From IMG/VR virus record IMGVR_UViG_3300043039_000024, positions 1-48,543 of that record: a stretch of DNA of 48,543 nucleotides; one strand, written 5' to 3'. Under the pieces are notes generated by a model. The model was not told the origin of the DNA, did no database searches, and saw only the letters and a program-made list of their open reading frames with translations. The DNA is from a virus (Duplodnaviria; Caudoviricetes). A program made the translations under genes and the position numbers. Below, one piece after another: positions 9,207-16,808 of this stretch (the first letter of the stretch is position 1; every line of letters begins with the position of its first letter).

Positions 9207-11387
9207 TCACCTGTTGCGTGACTTGATAAAAACACCTGCTTTCGGGGGCTGCTTCATGAGCGGCCCCAAAGCATATCTAATCGCATCTATAAAATGGTTG
9301 TTGGCGTCTACGATGATGGCTAGCACGTCACCAGATAGCTTATCTACCTTGTAGCTGTAGAGCCGGAACTCCTTAATCGTCTGCTTGCATTCGGGGTGAA
9401 TGTAAATGCGGCGATATGACTTCATAAATTCGATACCATCCTCTACCGATCCTTTCCATTTTTTCACCGCCGTTATACGCGGCATACCGTGGCGTGACAG
9501 GTAGCTTATGCTTTCAGGACGTGCATTGTCGGCACGAGATATCGATTTACTAAATCCCGGTATTTTTGTTTCGACATATTCCGCCGTGTCGTCTAGCTCT
9601 AGCGCGATCTTCCCGGCCTCGTTGCGTATCCATAGGCAATCGTCATAGACATAAGCCCGCACCGCTGCCGTGGGATCCTGCGCAAAGCCAAAATCCAGCC
9701 CTTGATATGGTCCGTTCCAGTCATGTTCTGGCTCAAACTCCTTGATCTCGTATTTATTCGCGAATATCTGGCTATCGCTGTTTTCAAGGTAAGTGCCTTC
9801 CCAAACGTGGGCATATGTGTTTGGGTCCAGGCGTTCCTGTTCTCGCTTGCGGAGTATCCCAAGTGGCTTGGGAAAATATGGATTGTCGTTCCAATTAACT
9901 TCGGCAATCAAAGAGCTTTCTGGCGGGCTTTTACGAAACCGATTATCGACCGGCGATCCGTCAAGGCGGGGGTTCCACAGCGCCCACAGTTCGGATTTTT
10001 CCTTACGAAATACCGTTGCCTCAAGGTCAAGCCATGAGCTTTCCGGCACGTCCTCGGCTTCTTCGACAATGGTTAGGTCAACGCCAGCGGTTGATTTGAT
10101 TGATTTTGGGTTGCGGCGAATACCACGGAATATGAATTTGGTCCCGTTGCGGCCTTTGATGTAGTCAACACCAACGTCATAATGCGCCTCAAGCCATGGG
10201 TATGCCTCGATAGCTGCCTTTAATTCAGCGTAAAAGCTTTCTTGGATGCTGGCTTGAAATTCACGGATGCACAAAATGCGTAGCGGCTCCGCATATCCCC
10301 ACAAAGCCGCCATCAATGCCGCGTTGAATGATTTACCAGAGTTATGATTTACAATCCCATTAGACAAATAATTATGCGTGTCATGTACATGTATATCCCA
10401 AAAACACTGGCGGCTGTGGTTGCGGATGTATGCCAGATTTGCTATGGTGGTAGGCGTTTCAACAGAATGAGAGTTATGATATGGACGATTACAGAGAACA
10501 ATATCGAAAAGCCTGCGAGAAAGCCTTTGAAGGTTTCCAGATTGATCTTGGAAGATGTCGCGAACCTGATGTCGTCCTGAAAGTTCTCGATATGGCAAAA
10601 TCCGGCATGTTTTCAAAAGAGATAGCGCAAGATGTCGGGAAAAGCCAAAAAGCAATCCAGAAGATTTACCGACGTTATAATTTTCCTTCACTCCACAACA
10701 TTCTTCCGCCGAAACGCGAGCAGCGCCATGATTGGAAAGGAGGGGTGAAAATGATGAAGGGATATCGTTATTTGCGCACTCCAGGACACCCGAGTGGCAC
10801 GAAACATGGCTGTTATGTTGCTGAACACCGTCTGGTGATGGAAAATAAGATCGGGCGATACCTTTTGCCGACAGAAGTCGTTGACCACATCGACGGAGAT
10901 ATATCCAACAACCATCCATCAAACTTGAGAGTTTTTGAAAATAATGCCGAACATCTGCGCGTAACGCTGAAAGGAAAATGCCCAAACTGGTCAGAAGAGG
11001 GGAAGGCGGCTTTGCGAGGGCCGAAACGACAAAAGCATCATTAACTGAAATATCGCGCAGCTCTATCCATCCGCGACCAGTAAGGAACTTATGCTGGTCT
11101 GTGCATATGATCTTCTGTCCTGTAGATAGGCAAACCTCATAAAGCGGCACAGACCAGTATTTCTTTGGGGCCGTGGCAACACCCACAGAAACAACCCCAT
11201 CCTTAACGGTATATACCTTGCCACCCTTAAATTTCTTAATCTTCATTGGTCCAGATGGTGTGTCAATTAATGTGTCAGGATGGACACACCCACGACCGCC
11301 ATATAGCGCACGGTACATCACAGACCCACGAGGGGGCGAGAATACCGGCACTAACTTCCTCGGCAACCTGATTTCGGCGCTATTCAT
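9207..11387 (-). CDS. terL: Terminase large subunit (PBSX/Terminase_3 family), intein-containing precursor; 410 aa after splicing
   Basis: Walker A GGRG/SGKS split by the intein; CIRE, Walker B IVEEAE, WNP, GLDFGFAQDPT, NHFIDAIRY. Confidence 0.96.
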   Translation of the reverse strand: MNSAEIRLPRKLVPVFSPPRGSVMYRALYGGRGCVHPDTLIDTPSGPMKIKKFKGGKVYTVKDGVVSVGVATAPKKYWSVPLYEVCLSTGQKIICTDQHKFLTGRGWIELRDISVNDAFVVSALAKPPSPLLTSLGIFLSALRADVRHYFQKLSSLMDGCWIYLRRCGQRLLSAKGIARSYFPSPDGVQQHNSHVSCHSGVLECANNDIPSSFSPLLSNHGAARVSAEECCGVKENYNVGKSSGLLFGFSRHLALSLLKTCRILPYRELSGRHQVRDIFQDQSGNLQRLSRRLFDIVLCNRPYHNSHSVETPTTIANLAYIRNHSRQCFWDIHVHDTHNYLSNGIVNHNSGKSFNAALMAALWGYAEPLRILCIREFQASIQESFYAELKAAIEAYPWLEAHYDVGVDYIKGRNGTKFIFRGIRRNPKSIKSTAGVDLTIVEEAEDVPESSWLDLEATVFRKEKSELWALWNPRLDGSPVDNRFRKSPPESSLIAEVNWNDNPYFPKPLGILRKREQERLDPNTYAHVWEGTYLENSDSQIFANKYEIKEFEPEHDWNGPYQGLDFGFAQDPTAAVRAYVYDDCLWIRNEAGKIALELDDTAEYVETKIPGFSKSISRADNARPESISYLSRHGMPRITAVKKWKGSVEDGIEFMKSYRRIYIHPECKQTIKEFRLYSYKVDKLSGDVLAIIVDANNHFIDAIRYALGPLMKQPPKAGVFIKSRNR
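10420..10448 (+). promoter_or_regulatory. Candidate promoter for the antisense HNH gene
   Basis: TTGCGG(10420-25)-N17-TATGGT(10443-48) with extended -10 TG, 32 nt before the ATG. Confidence 0.5.
10481..11044 (+). CDS. HTH-HNH homing endonuclease nested antisense inside the intein
   Basis: HTH SKEIAQDVGKSQKAIQKIY; WKGG...GY; EHRLVMENKIGRYL; VDHIDGDISNNHPSNL...EH (HNH_3 type); GAGAG RBS-like motif. Confidence 0.92.
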   Translation: MDDYREQYRKACEKAFEGFQIDLGRCREPDVVLKVLDMAKSGMFSKEIAQDVGKSQKAIQKIYRRYNFPSLHNILPPKREQRHDWKGGVKMMKGYRYLRTPGHPSGTKHGCYVAEHRLVMENKIGRYLLPTEVVDHIDGDISNNHPSNLRVFENNAEHLRVTLKGKCPNWSEEGKAALRGPKRQKHH

Positions 11388-11430
11388 GGGCTATTTGTAT
11401 TCCATACCGATAAACTTTATATTTGTTGCC

Positions 11431-11829
11431 CTATTCGTCATCCGCTGCCTTGATGGTGATATGCGTTGGCGTCATGCTGCCGTCGCTACTTGAATGGTCT
11501 ACCGTCGTTTCCTTGCGATACCCAAGCTGCCCCATCATAAGCGCGGTAATGGTCGGGTTATACATTCCGCGAAGCCCCCCATTAACAAGTAAAATCTCGC
11601 GATCAATGTCAATTCTCTTGACGATGTCGGAAAATTCTTCATTCCCGTCTGCTTTCGCCCACGCATAAACCGTGTCTCTGCACACGCCAATATAGCGTGC
11701 AAGCCCCGCAATTGTTGGGACTTCCTCTTTTTCGTTGTCGTCAAATTCGATGATATACCGCTCCGCCTTCTTCAGAATACTTGGGCCATACTTGCTTGGT
11801 CTGCCTACGGGGTTATTGGTCATATCCAT
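11431..11829 (-). CDS. terS: Terminase small subunit
   Basis: GRPSKY, PTIAGLARYIGVCRDTVYAW HTH, GGL.G.YNPTI; directly upstream of terL. Confidence 0.9.
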   Translation of the reverse strand: MDMTNNPVGRPSKYGPSILKKAERYIIEFDDNEKEEVPTIAGLARYIGVCRDTVYAWAKADGNEEFSDIVKRIDIDREILLVNGGLRGMYNPTITALMMGQLGYRKETTVDHSSSDGSMTPTHITIKAADDE

Positions 11830-12080
11830 TCACTCCTTTTCCTAACAACACCAGATACAACCTTATCAATCGTGTGATTAAGGATTGAGAAATTATCCGC
11901 GCACAATTCCGCGTACACGATACCATTCGAATACGACACCTTATATTTCGGGCCGAAATAGTTCACCTCAACATTAAGTCCAATTTCGTTAACTTCGATC
12001 CTGCCACAAAGACCGTGTTTTTGGCATTCATGCTTTAGGTATTGGGCCGCTATCGAAAGAGTGTCCGCGTCAATCATCAT
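11820..12080 (-). CDS. Hypothetical protein
   Basis: AGGAGG RBS; tiles the operon. Confidence 0.6.
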   Translation of the reverse strand: MMIDADTLSIAAQYLKHECQKHGLCGRIEVNEIGLNVEVNYFGPKYKVSYSNGIVYAELCADNFSILNHTIDKVVSGVVRKRSEWI

Positions 12081-12290
12081 TTAATTCCTCCTAAAGTTAA
12101 TTAAAATGTGCAGGATGGCAATTATGCAACTCAATGGGCCAAAAATCACCATAAAGAAATCCATTATTGCCCGGTCGTCTCCAAACCATGTTTCGGAAGG
12201 AAACATACTTTTATGGAACTTGTAAACTGACCATGACGCCACAATCCCGCTTGCCACCCAAAACAAGAAGAATACTAAATCTTCATCCAT
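12081..12290 (-). CDS. Small two-TM membrane protein
   Basis: TGATG coupling; two hydrophobic stretches. Confidence 0.55.
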   Translation of the reverse strand: MDEDLVFFLFWVASGIVASWSVYKFHKSMFPSETWFGDDRAIMDFFMVIFGPLSCIIAILHILINFRRN

Positions 12291-12703
12291 CACCCTACCT
12301 CTATCAGTTCGTCTGGGATTTCCACTTCGTCGCCAAAATTTGACCCGACATAGGCGCGACAAAAAGCAATCAATATTGACGGCCCGGCCATAGCGCAAAT
12401 TTTGGTTGAATATACGCAGGCGGAAAACTCACTGCAGGCCACAGAAGGCGCTCTGATTTCGGGTGAGGATTTCTCGAACAAAGGCCCGCCGTGCGCCCAA
12501 TTACTGGACGGGCTGAAATTTTCACCAATAAAAGAAATATCTTTGGTTCGGATTAGGTGAGACTGTATACCGTCATGATCCCACCAAAAAATTGTCGTTT
12601 CAAAAGCGCCGTTCCTGCTTATTTCTGTTGGTTCGCCCCACTCCACCACAGCAACCGCATAGTTCAATGCGCGTCCGGATAAGTCTGATACTTTAACCTT
12701 CAT
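12290..12703 (-). CDS. NinX/DUF2591-like protein
   Basis: LSGRALNYAVA, FSPSSNWAHGGPL, GDEVEIPDEL. Confidence 0.75.
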   Translation of the reverse strand: MKVKVSDLSGRALNYAVAVVEWGEPTEISRNGAFETTIFWWDHDGIQSHLIRTKDISFIGENFSPSSNWAHGGPLFEKSSPEIRAPSVACSEFSACVYSTKICAMAGPSILIAFCRAYVGSNFGDEVEIPDELIEVG

Positions 12704-13005
12704 GCCTCTTGCTCCGATTTTTCATCTTGGCGTGAATGCGCAGTCAGCCGTTCAATGCTGTCGTCAACTTTATTAGTGTACCCTGTGCCGCCGCAATCAT
12801 CACAATCAGCAGCGCCGCCATCTTCTGTGACTTCTCCGGTGCCATTGCATGTAACGCAAAATTGCGGATGGCACGGAGCGGGAAAACAATCATCCCATTC
12901 GCCCTCAATATAACAGTCAATGTCAATAGCCACGCAGTTAATACATTCAAAGTCTTTATGGTATCGCGTTTGTTTTTGATCATTTAAATTGCACATTTCA
13001 TTCAT
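12700..13005 (-). CDS. DnaJ-type zinc-finger protein
   Basis: CVTCNGTG and CDDCGGTG. Confidence 0.65.
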   Translation of the reverse strand: MNEMCNLNDQKQTRYHKDFECINCVAIDIDCYIEGEWDDCFPAPCHPQFCVTCNGTGEVTEDGGAADCDDCGGTGYTNKVDDSIERLTAHSRQDEKSEQEA

Positions 13006-13579
13006 CCTTCAAACTATTCACCTTTGAGATAACGCGCCCGGTTTCGTCGCATAGCATCCACTCTCCTTCGTCGTTTAGATGCGGGCAAGGGTTTAATCCA
13101 CCTTGGATGTCACCCGAAAATGATACCAAAATATCAATCCCACTGTCAGCACATACAACAAGGTCATTATCATCCCATTCATCACCGACAACGTGGAATA
13201 GATTATACACTTTCCCCGCAGTGATATACGGGCATCCATCGTATTCTGTTTTAACGTACATCATATTTTCATCCTTCATTTCCAAAAACACGACCTTTGC
13301 TTTGTATTCCTCCATACGTTCACGGTTTACTCCGTCTGCAATGCTATCCCGGCGTTCCCACGTATCTTTAACGTGTTCCAGTATGTTTTCCTCGTTAACG
13401 CAAGCGTAGTGGTCGAACGGGTTCGGGTTGAATTTTGATGATATGTAGTCTAGGTTTACTTTCGTGTAAAACCCCAATCGGTCGCCTTCGGCAAACACGG
13501 CATCAAAATAGGCGGCAACGTCTTCCTCGGTCTTCAGATGCGCTGCGGCATCCCACGGCATGGTTTCGGTTTTAATCAT
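12998..13579 (-). CDS. Chimeric protein: HI1420-family antitoxin-like N-terminus plus a phage domain paralogous to 28422-28646
   Basis: PWDAAAHLKTEEDVAAYFDAVFAEGD; YVKTEYDGCPYITAGKVY; GGAGG RBS. Confidence 0.65.
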   Translation of the reverse strand: MIKTETMPWDAAAHLKTEEDVAAYFDAVFAEGDRLGFYTKVNLDYISSKFNPNPFDHYACVNEENILEHVKDTWERRDSIADGVNRERMEEYKAKVVFLEMKDENMMYVKTEYDGCPYITAGKVYNLFHVVGDEWDDNDLVVCADSGIDILVSFSGDIQGGLNPCPHLNDEGEWMLCDETGRVISKVNSLKDE

Positions 13580-13646
13580 TTCAATTCCTCCATTGCGTTA
13601 TGATGTATCATATCATTTGGTTGGTTTATAGGCAATCAATTCAGTG

Positions 13647-13913
13647 TTATTTCCCCTCCAATATATGCTTTGCATCCATTGCGGCCAACTCACTTAATGC
13701 GCGGTCTCGTGCGTGGTCGCGTCTCTCTTTTTCTCGGCCGAAATATTTGCGAATGTCCTCTTTGCTGGCGGGATGGTCATCAGGTAGTTGGCCGAAAACG
13801 AACGAGGCCCGCTGCAATGCTATTTCGTCCGCCGTCAACGTGCGCTTGCTTGCCTCTAATAGCTTGGAAAGCAATTCCGGGTCAGTCTCTATTTCGCTAA
13901 TTTCATCCATCAC
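13647..13913 (-). CDS. Hypothetical protein
   Basis: Charged helical 88-aa ORF on the operon strand. Confidence 0.6.
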   Translation of the reverse strand: MMDEISEIETDPELLSKLLEASKRTLTADEIALQRASFVFGQLPDDHPASKEDIRKYFGREKERRDHARDRALSELAAMDAKHILEGK

Positions 13914-14005
13914 TTATCACCCTTTATGATTATCACGCACCAAATTGCTGCCCAGCACACAATGCATATCGCCGAAAAATCCCAAAAACCTAGCATTAAT
14001 TTATC

Positions 14006-14416
14006 CTACCGATGCCAGTTACTAGAACCCGTCGTGCGGCACATAAGCTCATGGCATTGCTCATGCTCTAATGATAGGGCTTGGCCGTATTGCGGCTGAT
14101 CCCCGTTAATGTATCCATAGCCTTGCGGGGAGCCGTCTGTCTTGCAATGTAATGGCCCTTTCCACCATCCCAAAATCCACGTTTTATCTTGGATGTACTT
14201 TCCTTTTTCCGTCTGCTTCGCCATGGCCCGCATATCCGCGCTTGAAATAACGCTGTACGGCATGTCCTGTACGCTTGATAGGTCATTGCACGCCAACGGT
14301 ATTGCCGAGCCTGTCGACCTGTCAAAACGCTGTACGTTGTCGTCATTGCAGCTAGACAGGATGATTGCGGCCAGCAGTATCAGGGTTAGGCATACTGTCA
14401 TTTTGAGGCTTGGCAT
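14006..14416 (-). CDS. Lipoprotein with HExxH motif
   Basis: Signal peptide with LSSC lipobox; LEHEQCH. Confidence 0.65.
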   Translation of the reverse strand: MPSLKMTVCLTLILLAAIILSSCNDDNVQRFDRSTGSAIPLACNDLSSVQDMPYSVISSADMRAMAKQTEKGKYIQDKTWILGWWKGPLHCKTDGSPQGYGYINGDQPQYGQALSLEHEQCHELMCRTTGSSNWHR

Positions 14417-14763
14417 TATTTTCCATCCAATGCTGCGGCGATCATTGCATCATATGCCTCATGAAGCTGCGCAAGGTCTGATGGCGTAGGGTATGCCCCC
14501 TGAAATTCAGGCTCTGTTGCCTCATCGTAATATCGCACATGACTTGCCGCGCCATCGTATAGCATGTCGTCGGTTGGCTCTTTCATGGCATCAAGGGCAT
14601 CGCGGGCCCTTTCAAACGCTAACTCAAGCGGAAACGTTTTGTCAGATGTGTCCTTTGCAAATTCGTGATCATCGCCGCAATCAATGCAGTACCGGTATGT
14701 TTCTTCGTTTCCCTTGAATTGCATTGGATCAATAACCCGGGCCACACGCTCAATCATGTTCAT
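14416..14763 (-). CDS. Hypothetical phage protein
   Basis: MIERVARVI...AMKEPTDDM...AMIAAAL pattern common in alphaproteobacterial phages. Confidence 0.65.
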   Translation of the reverse strand: MNMIERVARVIDPMQFKGNEETYRYCIDCGDDHEFAKDTSDKTFPLELAFERARDALDAMKEPTDDMLYDGAASHVRYYDEATEPEFQGAYPTPSDLAQLHEAYDAMIAAALDGK

Positions 14764-14765
14764 TT

Positions 14766-14915
14766 CTATTTTCCATTCATCGTTGCAACCCAAACATTGG
14801 CAATAACCAGCGATCCCCAAAAGGAAACTTCTTCACCACTGAAAAGCAATACTGCTGCTAATGCAAAGAACAGGATCCCAGAACATGCGTGTAAAATATC
14901 TTGTTTATGTTTCAT
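14766..14915 (-). CDS. 49-aa membrane peptide (not in the ORF track)
   Basis: MKHKQDILHACSGILFFALAAVLLF...; GAGGTG RBS; fills the gap. Confidence 0.45.
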   Translation of the reverse strand: MKHKQDILHACSGILFFALAAVLLFSGEEVSFWGSLVIANVWVATMNGK

Positions 14916-14916
14916 T

Positions 14917-15138
14917 TCAATAATCACCTCGCAAATCGCAATATGGTTCTTCGTCCTTTATTTCCTGTGTTTTTTCGCCTAATGCTTCTGTTATCTTGAT
15001 CCATACGCTGCGACCAACTGAAACGTAACCTTTGCTGCCCGCTCTGATAATCAGGTCGTCGTGTACATCTTTAAGCGCATCACGTAATCTCTTATTCTCA
15101 TCCATCAGTTCACGCATTTGCTCACTTGCTTTAGTCAT
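14917..15138 (-). CDS. Hypothetical coiled-coil protein
   Basis: ATGA coupling; ENKRLRDAL. Confidence 0.6.
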   Translation of the reverse strand: MTKASEQMRELMDENKRLRDALKDVHDDLIIRAGSKGYVSVGRSVWIKITEALGEKTQEIKDEEPYCDLRGDY

Positions 15139-15521
15139 TGCTCGTCCTCCACATCAAGGCCGATGGATTCAATGGATTTTGTCATGGCATTGCCCCATGT
15201 CCCCGAATGCCACATTGTTTCGACGAAAGTTTTAGCCATCTTTTCAACTTGTTCTTTGCTGACTTTTCCTGACTTACCCGGATAAAACACACCGCCAGCG
15301 GTTTCGAAACCACCATCATCGCGCAGGGGCACAATTGCGTATTTCTGTTTCATTTCGTCAATCCTTGGTGTTGTCTTTTTCTCGAATAGCTTCCTCAGAG
15401 CATCAGTAGGATCGTCCGGATTGTCGAGTGCGGCATAAAAACTGTCTACCGCATTCGGATGTATGGTGTATACATGCTCATCGCATGAACATTTATTATC
15501 ATCGTCTTTATTATCACCCAT
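15135..15521 (-). CDS. Hypothetical protein with a DUF1778 (TacA/AtaR) C-terminal-like segment
   Basis: FYAALDNPDDPTDALRKLF; GGAG RBS. Confidence 0.55.
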   Translation of the reverse strand: MGDNKDDDNKCSCDEHVYTIHPNAVDSFYAALDNPDDPTDALRKLFEKKTTPRIDEMKQKYAIVPLRDDGGFETAGGVFYPGKSGKVSKEQVEKMAKTFVETMWHSGTWGNAMTKSIESIGLDVEDEQ

Positions 15522-15530
15522 GTCTCCAAC

Positions 15531-15797
15531 CTATTTGCTAGTGTTGTTTTTCGGCGGACCAATAACAAAAAAATTGTCACCTGTGTCATTCATGTAATAA
15601 ACCCAATATACGGTCTCGATGCCGTCTATTTCATCATCATTGCTGTCATGATTTACCACGAACTCATAACCAATATCTGCGCGGTATCGGTCATCGGCTG
15701 ACCAAATACCATCAGCTTTATCGTAGCGGATGTTTACCGCTTCAAATTCGTTCATCACCGATTTATCATGATTGAATGTCCGAATGCGTACCGTCAT
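15531..15797 (-). CDS. Hypothetical protein
   Basis: AAGGA RBS; YYMNDTG. Confidence 0.6.
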   Translation of the reverse strand: MTVRIRTFNHDKSVMNEFEAVNIRYDKADGIWSADDRYRADIGYEFVVNHDSNDDEIDGIETVYWVYYMNDTGDNFFVIGPPKNNTSK

Positions 15798-15839
15798 TTT
15801 TGTTCCTATCCTTTGTTGATGGCGTATTATATCAGTGTT

Positions 15840-16370
15840 TTAAGCCGATAACAATTTATTATCTGCTTCTTTGACGACAGCTAACGCCATGTTTTTAATA
15901 TTTTTATCTGCCCGTTCCATCGCTCCAAGAAGATCCTTCGCTTCTGAAATATATAGCTTCGCAAATTTCGGATCATGTATGGCAATGCTTGATATATTGC
16001 TAATCAAATCTGCACATTTAATTGTTTGCACCCAAGGAACTGATTTTGATAGTCGGTGTAATGACATTGCTTTTCTTTCTTTTCTATTTCCTTCCTCCAT
16101 ATCAGAAAGATTAAGCACTGATATTGCTATAGTAAATCCAAATTCCTGAAATAGCCTGTGATATGTAACTCCACAATCTTCTATTACGTCATGCAAAAAC
16201 GCAATTGCTATCATTTCATCCGAAACAATATCATCAGCATGGCCTGATACTGTCGAAACAATACCGGCCACTTCGCATACATGATCAAAGTACGGGTTTC
16301 CTGTATATTTTCGGACCTGCCCACTATGTGCTTCGCGTGCGAACTGCATTGCTTTAAGTGCTAACATCAC
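15840..16370 (-). CDS. HD-domain small alarmone hydrolase (Mesh1/SAH-like)
   Basis: AH.GQ.RK..G.PY..H, LHDVIED, IKCADLISN. Confidence 0.88.
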   Translation of the reverse strand: MMLALKAMQFAREAHSGQVRKYTGNPYFDHVCEVAGIVSTVSGHADDIVSDEMIAIAFLHDVIEDCGVTYHRLFQEFGFTIAISVLNLSDMEEGNRKERKAMSLHRLSKSVPWVQTIKCADLISNISSIAIHDPKFAKLYISEAKDLLGAMERADKNIKNMALAVVKEADNKLLSA

Positions 16371-16474
16371 TACCTCACCATAAATCGTGCATACTCACAT
16401 ACTTGGCGGCCTCATATTTACGGATATACCGCAATATCCTAGCCATGCGGAAAATGTTCTGTTTTGTCATGGCA

Positions 16475-16723
16475 TTACCCGATATCCAACTTGTCGCCAT
16501 TGATGACTGGTTTTTGTATCGCGTCCAACATGTGTTCCAAATTTGCTTGTAGTTCTTCCATGGTCTCACCTGCCGGATGCTCCGGCCCATATGTGCGATC
16601 AATGCGGTCGCGATCCTTAAAATACACTTCGCAAATCGTGTATGTTCCATCTTTCACTAAAACGCGATAGTCCCAAGTAATTGTTCTCATGACGAACCCT
16701 TCCGGTCGTGTATCCGCAACCAT
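16475..16723 (-). CDS. Conserved hypothetical phage protein
   Basis: WDYRV...ICEVYF...GETMEEL...KPVI. Confidence 0.6.
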   Translation of the reverse strand: MVADTRPEGFVMRTITWDYRVLVKDGTYTICEVYFKDRDRIDRTYGPEHPAGETMEELQANLEHMLDAIQKPVINGDKLDIG

Positions 16724-16808
16724 TGCATAAACCGCCGTGCTTCTGGCGTATCGTGAACGGTCATTTCAACCTTTGCGCCGTCCTGACCGTAGATAAATCC
16801 ATTTATTT

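Larger units (their letters stand above)
10341..11288 (-). mobile_element. Class-1 intein, 316 aa, in the TerL P-loop
   Basis: Starts CVHPDTLI (block A); CTDQHKFLT (block B TxxH); ends WDIHVHDTHNYLSNGIVNHN followed by Ser (blocks F/G). Confidence 0.95.

Noticed and set aside
10341-11288. Group I intron, or terL pseudogene disrupted by an HNH insertion
   Set aside because: The terL frame is uninterrupted, all protein-splicing motifs are present, and removing exactly 316 codons restores GGRGSGKS
13647-13913. C-terminal RDRALSELAAMD as a third antitoxin-like segment
   Set aside because: Too short and generic to support
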